Assembly: GCA_013265495.1 (NCBI GenBank)
Contig: MU061579.1
Coordinates: 4,649,146-4,713,145 of the forward strand
Direction: 5' to 3'
Length of the DNA: 64,000 bases
DNA from: Vicugna vicugna
Taxonomy: Eukaryota
This document shows positions 37,401 through 51,124 of this stretch, piece after piece; position 1 is the first letter of the stretch, and each line of letters opens with the position of its first letter. Under the pieces are notes generated by a model. It made no database searches, was not told the origin of the DNA, and saw only the letters and a program-made list of their open reading frames with translations. Made by a program: the position numbers and the translations under genes.

Positions 37401-38844
37401 TAAATAACACATATGTAATTAAATTTTTAAATGTATTCATATAATTTTCATCTTACAATTGGGACAGCAAAGGAAATGCAGCAGGACTATAGCACTTTCA
37501 AATATACACCTCTTTTCCAAAGAGAAAGAACAGGACCATACCAATTTCTTTCTAATACATTTCCTTTGCAAACATGGAAGCTTAAAATATGGCCTGTATT
37601 TTACTACCCCTAAAAATGGCAATTCATTTTTCTCAAATGAAAACTGACTAGCAGAAGCTACCTTATTAAAAAAAATTGACTGATATGAATTGTTTTATTA
37701 TTTTTTCAAATTTGCCTTATTTAGTACAATGAAGGTCAATAGATGCTAAAGATATATATATTTTTCCAGCTACAAAAAGTTAGCCTTCTCTTAGTTAATA
37801 AATCACAATTAAAACATGAGGCATGATTTATAAAATCCTTAAGTGCTGAGCAAAAGCCTTAAAGATCTATCATTTGGCTGTCTATGAATTATAAGTGGAA
37901 AAAACCTGACAAATTATGTCAAAATTATCAGTAAACTGAAACCAAAAAATGAACAGTGATTCTTCAAGGAAAAACAGATATTTTATTTAAAAATTTTAAA
38001 TATGTATATATATATGTGTTTGTTGGGTTTCACAACATAGCACTGAAATGTAAACTGAAGGTTTAAGCATCACACTAAGACAGAGAATAGAATTAGAAAG
38101 TTAAGAGGAAGAGGAGGAAAAGAAGGAAAGCACAGATCATCTCTGGGGTTGCAGGGAAGGCCTGATGTCATTTCCAGTGTTGTCTCTGAATGTTCTATCT
38201 TTTTTGGTTTTCTTTGTTTTAGAAAATGTCATGTACCATGTGCTTCAGCTTTGCTCTGGTTTTACTGCCTGTCATAGTCACAGTTGACAAAGCTGATCTT
38301 TTTACCACCAGTCTGAATTCAACTATACTGCTGACTTCCTCAGAGAGTGTGGAAAATTTATTGCAAGCTAGGTGCACTTTATGTTTACAGCTTTTGCAGC
38401 AATGCTGGTAATAATATACTGACAGAACCCCAAGCAACCACTGTATGTGACAGAGGAGAGTAAATCCTAAACACACTATATCCCATACTGTCTATGAGAA
38501 TATGGTTTAGTAAACGATTTTGTGTTGCTATTGTGAAATCCATTAGCAGCCATAATTTCCAGTGTTTATATTATTCATCATTCATTCTTTTAAATAATGA
38601 AGCAAACAAAGATTTTGTGCATGTATGAAATACATACCTAGATGTTAAAAACATGATTAGAGTAAAAATGTCTTCCAAGGTTTAGGACTTACACAGTAAA
38701 TGGAAATATGTTGTAGGAAGATAAAAAAGTTTTGCTTTAATACAAAGGAATGAAACTTCTGTTTTTAATTTTAATATTTTGGGGTTTCTATTAACAAAGA
38801 CAAAGTAAAGTTTCTTCTAATGCAGCAAGAACCAAGACTCAAAA

Positions 38845-39060
38845 GGAGTGTTTTCAATCAGACTTCTTGTATTGAAATCCCATCTCTACAATTTACTACC
38901 TGTATGAACTTGGGCCGGTGGCTCATCAGCTTCTACTAAATTTTCTAATCAGTAAAATGAAAGAAATAATAATACCTATTCCCTAGAGTTGTGGCAAGAA
39001 TGTGAGGGATTAATATGCATGAGATAATTGAATGCATGTCATGTAGTAAATGCCAAGTTA
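38845..39060 (+). mobile_element. MIR SINE
   Basis: tgaaatcccatctctacaatttactacctgtatgaacttgggc...gtaaaatg...aataatacctat...agagttgtg. Confidence 0.7.
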
Positions 39061-39869
39061 AGCTCAGCTGCTGTTACCAGAAGAATTTGTCTTATCTCTT
39101 CTTTTAATGCCCTGTAAAGTCTGACCCTGTAGTTCCTGTTCAAAGACATTTGAGTCAAAGTCCTTCTGCAACTTGAATACTATTAGTTCTTGAACATTAA
39201 TGAATTGAACCCCTGTGGGGATATCTGAGATCAGTCCCAAACTGATCTTCTGTCTTGGACCCCACATCACTGAGAAAGGGAAAGCACCATCTTCCTTTCT
39301 TCCATCTACTAGTCAACTTCTTAATCTCATGTTTAAGATCAGTGTCCTGACTTATTCAGCTCTGGCTCATTGACCACTAGTGCTCATTCCTATCTGTTTC
39401 TGCTCTGCCCTCTGGAAGCTTCATGGCATTATTAATAAAGTAATCTAAATCATCAACAATTTTGCAGAAAAAAGGTTTTCTCCCTTTTGTGGATGTACCT
39501 GAAACTTAATTACCTGAGAACAGACTACTCAGAGATCCCTCTTCTGTACTGACTCCTCCTTCTCCAGCAGGTCTCAACCTAATTTACTCCTTCATTTGGC
39601 ACATGGGGCAATCAGTGGTGCACTTTCTAGCTTCCTCTTCAGCCTGATCCCTGACAGAACTTGCCTCACAAATTATATTTTATCATCAAAACATGGATTC
39701 TCTGCAGATGCTACCACCTCATTCATTTATTCATCCATTCACATAGGATTTCATCAACACACATTAATTGAATAACCACCATGGAAGATGTCAGATATTT
39801 AGCCCAGAACAAAGTCAGATTTTTACCCTGTACTCATGTTCTTCCTAACGTATGCTGTTTCAGACTTTA

Positions 39870-40150
39870 ATTCTTTTACTTATGCTTTCTTCTGTCACCT
39901 AGAAAAATAATAAACATCTTTTAAAATTTAGTTAAATTAATCCAATCAGGAAATCTTTTCTCACACTCTTCGGTCCCTAATCTGAGATAGATACCCTTAC
40001 TCTTCATGTAAAGATCGTGTTCCCCTGTATGTCTATTACTATGTTTATCAACTTATATTGAAATACCTGTTTCCATATTCATATCTCCAGCTCCTAGCAC
40101 GATGGATGATAAATACTGGAAACTAGAAATAATTGATTGAATACAAATGA
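39870..40150 (+). mobile_element. LINE-2 3' fragment
   Basis: atatctccagctcctagcac...ttgattgaat 3' end. Confidence 0.5.
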
Positions 40151-40654
40151 TATCTCTCACTTAAAGGGAAACCCAATGCTCCTTTTATCATAGAGACCAA
40201 TTTAGACTGGAGCATCTCATATTTAACTCCCTTCTGCATCTATTACAGCATCTTATTCCTTAGTTCCATTCTCAGTAAGTCTTGGATAAGTAATACTAGT
40301 CTTATTTTTCAAACACAATTAACAGTTTGTAAGAAAAGACCAGTATAAAATAGAGACTTGCCATTATTTGATATCCCCTAATATCTTATATCAGTGCTAG
40401 AAATGTAACAGTACTCTATAGATATACGATCTCTCTGTGTATTAAAAATAAGATGCCGGGCCTTACATTGCTGCTTTGCAAATTTCAAATTAAAAATACC
40501 TCAACATGCTTTTATTAAAGATGGCTATTTATAGTCATAAGTGAAATGGGGGCATTATGATTAATGTAAAATGCAAAATTAGTGTTCAGAGTGCCTCATG
40601 TTTTTTTTTTTTCAATTTAACAATCTATAGTTTGATAAGAAAATAATTATCACT

Positions 40655-41100
40655 TGTCATCTGGTTCTGCAAAAATGAAGTCACTAACCACTGCAGTTGC
40701 TGACCATTAACACACCTTGAGGGAAGTTGAGGGCCGAGAACAGGAATGAGGCACTCTATGCTCTGAAAAAACTGGCAGCACAGGCCTTCAGATAGTCAGG
40801 TATTTCCAGGAGAAAATTTTGTGAACCCAGTTTCTTGCATCTTCTCATAATTAGAAAAGCACTAGAATCATTAACAGAGACACCTGCTCCTCCCGACGAG
40901 CAGCAACCTTCTGCTGAGGTGTGTGCTTGACTGCAAACACCCCCTTTGCCGAAATCACAGATATACTGACCTCCCCCCTTACCTCTCTGGACCAGTTCCT
41001 CATAGTTACATGAGAGTTTGTGTCCAAGGCTAAAGTCCTAGTAAGTCTCCAAATAAAACTGAAACTCAACCTTGCTCACATTGTGTTTTTTTGAAATACG
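40655..41100 (+). mobile_element. ERV1-type solo LTR (cetartiodactyl-like family)
   Basis: Starts TG at 40655; AATAAA 41052-41057 followed by ctgaaactcaac...cacattgtgtttt U5; resembles ruminant ERV1 LTRs. Confidence 0.7.
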
Positions 41101-41694
41101 AAAATTAAAATAAAATCATGATTTAATTTAGAGTCAAAGTTTACCCAGATATGGAACAACGTGGTAATCTATCTCTGGGTTCCCTTTGTGAATAATGTCT
41201 AGGTTAAGATCCTTTTTTGTAGTGTGACCATTTCTTTTCATTATAAATGTTTATTTTCCAAACCTATGAAAGCTTTAGTTTGTGTCCTTCTAGTGAAATA
41301 TGTGTTTGCTGTGTTTTCTTGACAAACCATGGCTTTACCATGAGAGGTTCACTGTAACCTTTACAGTGTCTTTATTTTTCACTTCTATTCATAAACACAG
41401 CCACCCTGGTAATAAAGAATAGAGGATACTGCTGACGTTGAGGATACAGACAGGGTGAACAAAAGATGGTCTGGAAATTTACAAAAGAAAGCTGTTTAAG
41501 GAAATGATCTCAAAGTGTGGAGAGGGTTGAAACAATATAAAACTATTAATAGTAGTCTAATTGAGTATGTAATTGTATGATTATTTGCATTTGTTGATTA
41601 CTTTCATCCTCCTATTTGTCTGGTCCATCAAAGAAGAAAGGTGAGGCAATGTGGAACCATAAACACTTGGATTATTATTTAAACACACTCCAGG

Positions 41695-42165
41695 CAGGCC
41701 ATACAGTCTCCTTGGCTTGACTAAACTTCAGGCAGGATCTTGATATGGGTCTATGACCTCACTTGCCTTAGAGCAGTTGCTTTAGAAAAACTTGCATTTA
41801 TAAATTCTTTCTCTGCCTCTTTGAGATGTAAATCTTCTGCAATCCCGAAGTGTCTTTCTCAAGGACTTGGGAGCAGTCTCTCTGAAATATAATCAAGAAA
41901 GACAAGTTCCCTATCTCCAGGCTCTGTGGGAAGGTAGGAGCTTAATTTCAATAAATGACAATTAGCAAATGCAGATGGCCTATGCACACCGACTGACCTC
42001 CCATCTCATCTCCTCCAGTACTCTTCCGTCACCTCACTCCACCTTTGAAAAATCACTCTGCCTTTTGTTTGAGTGGAGCTGAAGCAATCTCTCTCCCTGA
42101 TTGTGATAGTCTTGAATAATGTCTTCCCTTCCTGTTTAATCTGATGCAGTGTTTGCTTTTAGAGT
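41695..42165 (+). mobile_element. ERV1-type solo LTR (MER67/MER31-group-like)
   Basis: Shares gcttgactaaactt, ctttagaaaa, tgtctttctcaaggac, ctctgtggga, aattagcaaa and atagtcttgaataa blocks with the LTR at 56285-56751. Confidence 0.75.
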
Positions 42166-42653
42166 TCTTAAGAGGTGCAAGGCCAGTAGTCCAAAAAATA
42201 TGCAAAATTCTGTTACTATTTTGACTCTTTTTCTCACATGTATTATCTTACTTCATATTTTCCTAATTTGGGATGATTACTATTTATATTGTCTAATTTC
42301 AGTTTCAAGTAAAATCAATGGAACAACTCTCTCTCTCTTTACTTCATTATTATTTTAAACCAAGTTCTTAAAAAATTTTTTTATCTTTAAATAAGGCTAT
42401 GAGAAGGGTAAGTTTATCAGGAAATACATATGAGTACATGCCTGAAGGCAGTTTAAATGAGGAAAGCAATTTGAGTTTCTGACCTAAAATGCGTTGCATA
42501 AAATACAAATTAGTTAACCTACTTAGAAAAGAACTCATTCAAACACTGAGTCTAAGAGGCATGAATCTGGAAGTGTACTTAAGCTGAGGCTTGGCCTCAG
42601 AGTCAGACCTCGGTCAGTTGCCAACCAAATCCAGCATCTGCTCTAGGTTACAC

Positions 42654-43070
42654 TGTGAAGGGGCAGAGGTGGACTTCAGGCTTGTGGGGCCAACTGATCT
42701 CCTTCAAAGTCTACCCCGTTCCTGGGCTCTCAGACGTCTGACATTCTTTACTGGGCATGTTTCCCCTGGCAAACTAATAGCTCCAGGTAATGCCCACCTT
42801 ACCAGAGTCAAACCCCACCGCCCTTCACAGACCCTAAACCTCTTACTTCACCTGAAACCAATCAGAGACTTGTGCACCAGCTGATCAGGCACCAGCTGAC
42901 CCGACCTTATAAAAGACCCCAATAGCCTACCCTCAGTGCTCATTCGGGCACCTCTCGCCTGTGTGGCCCACTGTTGTCTGTGGCAGTGTACCCTAATAGA
43001 CTCCTTTCTGTTCTTATACTTAACCTCTGGTAAATTTTTTCCCAACCGCTTGTGTCACTGACTCACACAA
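42654..43070 (+). mobile_element. Solo LTR with intact core promoter motifs
   Basis: TG start, CCAAT 42858-42862, TATAAAA 42908-42914, degenerate poly(A) signal (AATAGA), GC-richer than flanks. Confidence 0.65.
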
Positions 43071-43384
43071 CAAGGCTGTCTTATTCCAAGATTATTCTCT
43101 TACTTTTTCCCTCTTCTTTTGATCCCTGTGTGAAGCCCTTATTTCAGGGTCTCTCACATAAACATCTTTACTGAACTTACCTCTTCATAAAATCACTGCT
43201 TTTTATTTTTACCAAGCCTCTGTACACCAGACCAAGGCTTATCTAGTCTATATTCTATTTCTTCTGTGTTCTGCTCATTGACAGGTCAACCTGATGAGTT
43301 ATGTGAACCTGTGAGCAAATCAGGTTGCCCTTATAGGTGCCATATTTATGTTTTAACAGGGACCTCTGGAGAGAGATTTAATCC

Positions 43385-43520
43385 TAGGGTGACTGTACCA
43401 TATATACTGATTTCCCCAGTACATTTAATAGCCCCAATTGTGCCGGTGTAATTATTTATAATATGCCCTTTTATTCTTAAAAGTGCCCCAGTTTGGACAT
43501 AAATTTAAATGGTTGCCCTG
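43385..43520. mobile_element. MER94-like hAT-Blackjack MITE
   Basis: Termini tagggtgact... and ...atggttgccctg; internal gtgtaattatt...aaaagtgccccagtttggac. Confidence 0.7.
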
Positions 43521-43834
43521 TGGATTAAAAAAATTAGAATGGTCACCTACTCTAATGACAGAAGTTTCAGATACAAAGGCAAATTGTTAGAGAGAAGACT
43601 GCCAGATTCTGAGGCCTTAAAAATCATAATACAAGGGGGCATTTTAACATGATTTATGGTCCTAGGGAATCCAATATTCTGGTGGTTAATTGCCTTGAAG
43701 TTATCAGGCCTTAGGCAGGATTTGAGAGGACCTGTCATAAACACTTAGAAATTTTAAATACATAGTAGGTGATGATGATGAAAACCTGGACAAATGAATG
43801 AAAAAACTCCATGAAATAATCATTGTAATTTAAT

Positions 43835-44060
43835 TTTTTTCCAACACTTATAATTGTCAGGCACGCTTCCAAATATTTTATTAGTATTAACTCATTTAAT
43901 CACAGCAACACCTCTATGAGTATAATATTATCATTCTACCCATTTTATGGGTGAGAAAACTAAGGTAAAGAGAGGTTATGTACTTACGCAAGTCATTAAG
44001 AAGTAGTGAAACTGGAAACACCGATAGTTTTGTTTTAAATTTGCATGATCTAAGACACAA
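43835..44060 (-). mobile_element. MIR SINE
   Basis: tattaactcatttaatc...cccattttatgggtgagaaaactaagg...agagaggttatgtactt. Confidence 0.8.
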
Positions 44061-45594
44061 TTTGTACTTGCTCTCAGGAAAAGAAGAGAGAAGGAAAAAG
44101 AGAAGGAAAGAGATTGATTCTGCTTTCATCCACAGTAGATAGTAGACCTGTGAATGAACCCTTGTATCTCCTGATATTTGCTCTACTTTTGTGCTACCTT
44201 CCTTCTCCCACCTTTGAGAACTCTCCACCGTCGCTGCCAAGCTATCCTACTCTTCAACTGCCTTCTCTCATTTCCCATTCAACTCTCATTTCCATCTTAT
44301 CTTGTTCTCAGCTTCCAGGCAAGGATGTCAGACTGTCAATTCCTTCATCTTCCACTATTGCATGGGAGTCACAGATTCAAGACCCAAAGGAGGAAGAAAG
44401 AGAGAGTCATCATTAAGAGATGGTCTCACAGTAGACTATCAGACTATAATGATTAGTGCATGACAATTATCATGACTTCTATACATTCCTTTAATAAGAA
44501 TTTTGTCACCTTCTCTGCCATGGGCTGCGTTTCCAAAGTCCTTTTCTGCCTATTTATCTTGAGAATTTTGAGGCTTCAGGACCAGAGTGCTGTTTGCATG
44601 AGGAAGGGGCTGCTATTCAAGAATCTATCTGATGGAAGACAAAGACACTCAGAGTAAGCATATGACAAAGGCAAACTTTTAGAAACTACTTTGTGAACTC
44701 TATGTTGAGTTGAACTATGACAATCTGCCCTCTTCTAGGATGGGTGAGCTTGTCTCATTTAGCCATCCCTCTTTGATACGTGTATTATATTTTCAGTGTG
44801 TATGAATAGTCCATTCTATGAATATACTATCAGGGTATATCTGGATCTATATACAATAATGCAAATGCTATACTGTATGAACAAACTGAAATCAAGGAAA
44901 ACTCAAGGTAAAATATTCCTAAGAATATATTTCTACAAATCACATATGAGTGGCCTAGATTTCTCTAATTTGACATGGTTATAAAAATAGATGTGTCACA
45001 TCATTTATTGGCATCCTTGCTCTCTAGTTAATCTACCGAAATGCAAAGTGTAAAGGCAGAGAATTTTTTCCCTCTTGTACCTAATTGCATCTGACACCAG
45101 AATTTCCAGCCAAATGAATCATGACTGGCACCACACGTGACATCTTCTAAAGTTCTCAGGTTCTCCAACATGCCATGGGGATGCCAGAAGAGTTTCAGGA
45201 CAATGCCTGTTAGAGGGAGGGTCATCTGCTGAAGGATGGCAGTTATTTAAAGTCTCCCTAATTTTAAAAGTAGAAAAATGATGAGATCCAGAACAATGAG
45301 ATTGAAAACATATAGTCCAAGAAGTCCAGAAAAAAACAACAATAAGCCACAAGAAAAAAAATTATCAATGTATAGACGAAAAACACAAAAATTCTTTTGA
45401 CTTGATGACATTTCTGATAACTTTCTATATTTTCAAAATATATTTGTGTCCAAAATATTAGACTGTAGAAATATAATCTGATTTGATAACAGTAGAGTTT
45501 TATTGATCATTGAATAACAAATAGAAATTAATTCAGATTTGAATTTTTTAGCTTCTAAATTTTAAACTCATTAACGATGTCAATGGGGTTTAGT

Positions 45595-45770
45595 GCAGAG
45601 GCAGTAAAGTAGGAGTTAAGAATTCAAGCTCTGAAACTGTAAAAAATTAGGGGTTGAACTCCAGTTCCATCATTTGCTACCTTGTTAAGCACTAATTCCT
45701 GTATTTTTAGAATAGAGTTAATAATAGATCTTCTTTCCAGGGTTTTCTCAGGTGTTAAATAATATACTAC
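45595..45770 (+). mobile_element. MIR SINE (degenerate)
   Basis: gaggcagt...gttaagaattcaagctctg...gggttgaactccagttccatcatttgcta. Confidence 0.55.
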
Positions 45771-46694
45771 CTTCTACCAAGAGTAATATAAGTAATAGTA
45801 TTCTTGTTATAATTATGCATTTAAGTGCTTTAGTGAATAATTTTAAGGCACTGATAAAGTAATACTGCTTTTGCTATGAAAACATTTAGGTTTGTAGAAT
45901 AATGTCATTGATTCAAACTCAAAGGAGTATGTCGTTCTTTGTGTTTCTAACTAGTTCTTTCTGTCCCTCTTGACTATTCCACGTCTTTATCTACACTGTG
46001 GTAGCTTCATATTTATTTTATATTATTTCTCACCAAAGCTTTATAAATGATTTTTATACTTGTCTCCCTGACCAGCAACCCCCATGCTCAGCTTTCATCA
46101 CTAACACTTTGTTCTCATTTTCCTAAAATGATAATTGCATTGCTTTTGACTAGAACACATCTTTGGTTTACAACTGTGTAAGTGTGCTAGCATTTACTAT
46201 ACAACTATTAGTGGCACATATCCAACTTTCTGGTAGAAATTACATGTGCTATCTCAATTTCATTCTCAGAACACCCTCATGAGTTTCAGAGTAGTATCTC
46301 CAAGACTGATGATAAAATTTGCAAGTAACACCATGGCAATGAGGACCATCGAAATCTGTTCCAACCACTGACAGTTCCAGATCTTCTTGCCACTGATTCC
46401 TGCCTTCTTTACTCCCCAAAGCAAGTACTTGTTGTAGCTATATGGAATATCTTGCATCTTCTAGAACCTCTTATGGTCTTCCACATTTTCGTGTCTTTGA
46501 ACATCAAATTCCTCCTGCTTAGACTGACCATCTCTAATTTCTCTCTTTGGAAGAGTTCATCTTGTGTTAGAAGAACCAGAGGAATTGTGCATACATTGGG
46601 CATACATGTTTATCTTTATCATACACAGTGCATCTGTGTGTGTGTATCGTGGGGGGGGGGTCTCTATCTGTGCATAGTCTGTTTGCTTTTTACT

Positions 46695-46850
46695 TTTTAG
46701 CCTACTAGAGTAAAATTTCTTTAAATATAGTCACACTTAAAGTAAGTCAAAGGTCCTTATTTTAATTTATTTCAAGTTTTTTGTTCACAGTTCCTAGCAT
46801 AGTTTCAGGCAAATTATAGGTGCTCAACAATGCCAGCTTTAATTAGTGAG
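46695..46850 (+). mobile_element. LINE-2 3' end
   Basis: cagttcctagcatagtttcaggcaaattataggtgctcaacaat. Confidence 0.55.
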
Positions 46851-48169
46851 CAAAAAATAACACTCTATGATGTTGGTATTTGGTATTGTGAAGTCAAAAT
46901 ACTATTCAAAATATTGCCACCAGAAAAGACTACTGTGTTTGCATCTCGCCATTGTTATTTCTAATGATAGTTCTGATTTGATATTTTAAATGATCTAACC
47001 TGTGACAATTAAGAGAATATTTCAAAGCTGCACTCTGAGTTGATGTTTTAAGCTTGACTTTAACCACAAAAAAGTAGGAAATATTTAAATAAAAGTTTTT
47101 TTCTTAATAGATTCCTAGTCTCTTTTTCATAACATTACATTTTTGGCAGCTGATACTTATGGAATAAAAATGATGTGAATCTAATAATAAAATGTACACT
47201 AGCCAACTCTATTTCCTGCTGAATACTCTATAAAATAAATTATAATAAACCAAAATCTTCTAGACAGTAATGATGGATAATTCCAATCTATCTTATTTCA
47301 TGAATAAAAATATACCTATCATAAATCCTTTCTTTTTAACGTAAATGACTACTGTTAAATTTCTGATGGTGCTACCTCCCACAAATTATCACCTGAGAAT
47401 CCTTAAAAAGAAGTTGAAATATATTATAGATGATTTCCTTCTTAGCATTCATATTGATCCATACACTGTATCTGACTTATTGAAATCATTTGTCTTTCTA
47501 AAACATATTTTATTCAATGATTGTGATACTTCATATTAATTCATCATCGTGCTTCAGATGCCAGCTACATTTAAATATAAAAGACCTGTATTTATTCCTA
47601 AGCAATAAACATCTATTGGTCTCACTAGTATAGAAAATATGTGCACAAAATATAAAGAGCAAGAAAAACTTATTTTAACTGACACAGAATTCAATAATTC
47701 TCTTCTTTTCCTTTATTTTCTTTCTGCTTTACCATTTTATATTCTATACCCTTAACTTTCTGGTCATTTACATCACTTTCTCTGCTGTCATTAGTAGAGG
47801 TGTATAAGATAGAAGAATGGGTTAGGAAGCTATTTTTTTCAGTATTTAATATATAAAAGGCCATTTACACACATTGTTCCATTTATAAGATGAATGTTAT
47901 TTCCCTCATTTTTTTCAGATGAGGAACTGGCGACACCATAACATGTACCTAATACTAAGTGTACTAATCGATAGATGGTATAGTAAAGCCATTTTAAAAG
48001 GCTGACTTAAGTCAGAGATGTCTTCAGGAAAGAAGCAAAGGCATGGAAAAGATATGACATGTTAGAATTTGAATTAGGAAATACCTAATGGAGAATTTGT
48101 TTAAGGGAAAAGGTTTGAATATATTTGGAATCAAAAAAAGATTTCATAAAGAACTATAAAGTTCTCAAA

Positions 48170-48730
48170 GGAGGAATACTTACGTCTGAGAACCAATCAA
48201 GAGTGTCACTGAATTATAAGCTCTAGCTGCCGCTGGTCACTATAACTGCTTTCTGTACAGAGCCCAGCAAGCAGGAAGAAGAGTCACTGGCAGAAGTGGC
48301 CTGTAAACAGGAGGAGGTAAGTGCTGCTGTTACCTGATGGAGGGCAGGAAGTACAGGCTAACACACAGGTAATCCTCTAGGGCTCCTCTTGACGCTCCCT
48401 TACCTGATTATGATGGTAAATGTTTAAGTGAAGCAACCTCAAGAATATAGTGACACTCAGACACCTTGAGGATGGCTTCAGTGTTATCCCCACAGGGAAG
48501 CAAGGACTGAAAGAGGTGTCAGCACACGGTGAGGGGAATCTAGAATGGATAGTGGAGGAAGGAGACGAGAAATGTAAATTGCAGTCCAGAGCTCAGCTGC
48601 GCTGTTGGGACCTGTAGCTTATCCCACTACCCTTCCTCTTCTAAGTTTCTTCCAGAAAGAAAGACTTAAGAGAATCATGCAGGAGTTGCTCCCTGAACAA
48701 AGAAGTGGATCTGAGTGGCACAAAAGATCG
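48170..48730 (+). mobile_element. ERVL internal remnant (3' pol/dUTPase-side region, ERV3-16A3_I-like)
   Basis: cactgaattataagct...ctggtcact; caggtaatcctctagggctcctcttg; ggtgaggggaatctagaatggatagtggaggaagga signature. Confidence 0.7.
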
Positions 48731-49092
48731 ATGGGCCAGGGTATCCCTGCTCAATGATGATGTTGTTGCTTCAATTGCTGTTTGTGCTGCACAGACAGCT
48801 TCATTCTTAGCCTCTTCAGGGATGCTCCAGCATAAACATCAGGCTCTCTCACAGTGACAGCTTTTTGGGTTGACCAGTAGATGGAAACAGGAATACAACG
48901 TATCTGGACATTTTAGCTTAGTGTGGGGCTGCACGGATGTGCTGCTTAACATCTGTTGCCTGAGGCTTTTCATCTACTTCTCTTTCTGCCCACTTTTGTT
49001 TCTCCTCTTCCTTCCACTGTCTACTCTAGTAAACTTCCTGCCCACTACATTTAGTATAAGTCTCCTTTCTTGAAAACCCAAGCTGCTACCAC
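48730..49092 (+). mobile_element. ERVL 3' LTR (LTR16-like)
   Basis: Follows the ERVL-int; gacagcttc...cctcttcaggga, tagtaaacttcctgcccacta...gaaaacccaagct end. Confidence 0.55.
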
Positions 49093-50489
49093 AACTGCTT
49101 TCATATAAGCCATGTAAGTTATCAGAAGTATGACCATTCCACAAAATGACCACACTATAGAAAGCATTATTTACCTTTTCTCACAAATGTCATTATCCTG
49201 TATAATACTTCTAAACTACAGTTTTCTTGAAGTCATTCTTCACTTAGGACTTAGAAGTAAACATCCCTCTAATTACTGCTTCTCAACATTGCTTATAAGA
49301 CACAACTAGCCAGGTAAGTTGCTACTTTTACTGCTTATCTGCCATTGACCAACAGATAAACCGTAGATGAGTTAACTAATCTCTCTGGATTCAGTGTTGT
49401 TATCCACAAAGTAATGAACGAAATATATAAAGTTAAATCCAGAGAACATTTGTTCTATCAGTACACACTGCAGTACTGTACCAAAATCAATCTTAACAGA
49501 AGATCTACAAGACTGACAAAGTAATTTCAATGCAAATCTGTGATTTGGATGAGGCACTAGGATAGATAGGTTGGATGTCTTAGTTTTGAAATGAGGTTTT
49601 TCAAGATCAGAAATTTGTCTTCAATATTCTCAGATAGTGAGGCAATTCAGTCACCTACAGTGCTGGATAAAACAGAGGCACTGAAATTAGACATATTTAT
49701 ATGTATTTGTAAAACCAAATGAAATCTTTGTTTTATTCTTACTAAGATATTCTTTCTTTGTTCAACTTAGGTTGAGAAACCTCTATTTTTTTTTATTGCA
49801 GTCTGCAAAGAGCGATTGTACACTTCCAAAAATCAAATGAGGTGGAGATTATTTAAAGATCTTTTATGGGAAGTTTAGAAGCTTAAGATACTGTGTGTGC
49901 CCTGAAGAAATTTCATCATTAGGTGCTTTGAAAGCCCTGATTTGTGTTTCGCTGTCTTGATATGTCTTTAGTTCTTTTAATCAATGAACGCAACTGCTCC
50001 ATATAGCCCCTAAGGTAGGAGTTGCCATAAACAGTCAGTTTTCATTGTAAGAAAAAAGCAAACTGAAAGGGTGTTCCAGAATATGTTTGCTAGTGTCTCT
50101 GACAGAAGTTCTCAGTCACCCTACGGCCACCACACATTCTGAATGGCAAATGCATCTTTCACTAGAATCAGTGCCCTCCGTATTCTCTGGTAATTTCATT
50201 TTGGTGTCAATTTAAAAAAGTAAATGACGGAAGAATTTAAAAAAATTTTTGATTGGTTAAGCAAGTATGATCACAAAACTTCTAATCAAAGAGAGGCCTT
50301 TAAACATTATTCCCAGTTTGTACAGATCTCTATCTGGTCTTAAGAATACATTTCAAGTTCTTTCACTTATCAAATGGCACCTAATAAGGCTAGAGGAAGA
50401 GCTTAGGGTGGAAAGCATAACCATAGACTGGAGAGTAATTCTCTATGCAGCAGTGAATGTTTGGCATGATAGTACCTAACTTAAGAATA

Positions 50490-50700
50490 TAGCCTTTTTA
50501 ATTAGGCAGCTCTGGGTCATGTCTGAGTTCTACCATTCACTAATTATGTCAATTCGTTAAAGACTGAATTTTGCTAACTTCAGTTACCTCTTTAATAAAA
50601 TGGGGATATTAACAGTATTTACCTCCCATGGTTATTTAAAGTATAAAAAGAAAGTGCACACGAAGGAGTTGGTCCAGTTTATATGTAATACAGTTTAGCA
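50490..50700 (+). mobile_element. MIR SINE
   Basis: ttctaccattcactaattatg...cttcagttacctc...taaaatggggat...tacctcccatggtt. Confidence 0.7.
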
Positions 50701-50839
50701 CTCTTCCCCCTCCTCCCTCTCCTCCTCTTCTTCCTCCTGCTTCTCCTCGGCACTAGGATTTTATGATGGAACTAGGGATCTGAAAATCTGGCAACTTTTA
50801 TAAAATCTCCCCAGACCTTTGTTCTTATCCCAAAGTATC

Positions 50840-51085
50840 ACCCTCTAAAGACATTTTCTATAATACCGATCTAAATTAGTCCTAACAAGTAATTCTGTCT
50901 TTCTACCCCATTTTATTTTTTTCTAGCATTGAAAATCATTATCTTGTTTATTTATCTACTTACTATTTCATAATTAATTTTCAATCCCAATGTCTGCCTG
51001 TGAGAGGAGACCTTGCCTCGTCATGCTCTATATATCCAGGCACCTAGGAGGCACTTGGTAAATATTCCTTAAACGAAGGAATGAA
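50840..51085 (+). mobile_element. LINE-2 3' end
   Basis: tgagaggagaccttgcc...atatccaggcacctagg...gtaaatattccttaaacgaaggaatga. Confidence 0.6.
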
Positions 51086-51124
51086 AGCTCATCCTCTTCT
51101 TGATTCTTCACCACAAGAGTCAAC

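Noticed and set aside
48310..48325. Consensus splice donor GAG|GTAAGT
   Set aside because: Inside a decayed ERVL internal remnant with no convincing upstream acceptor or open frame
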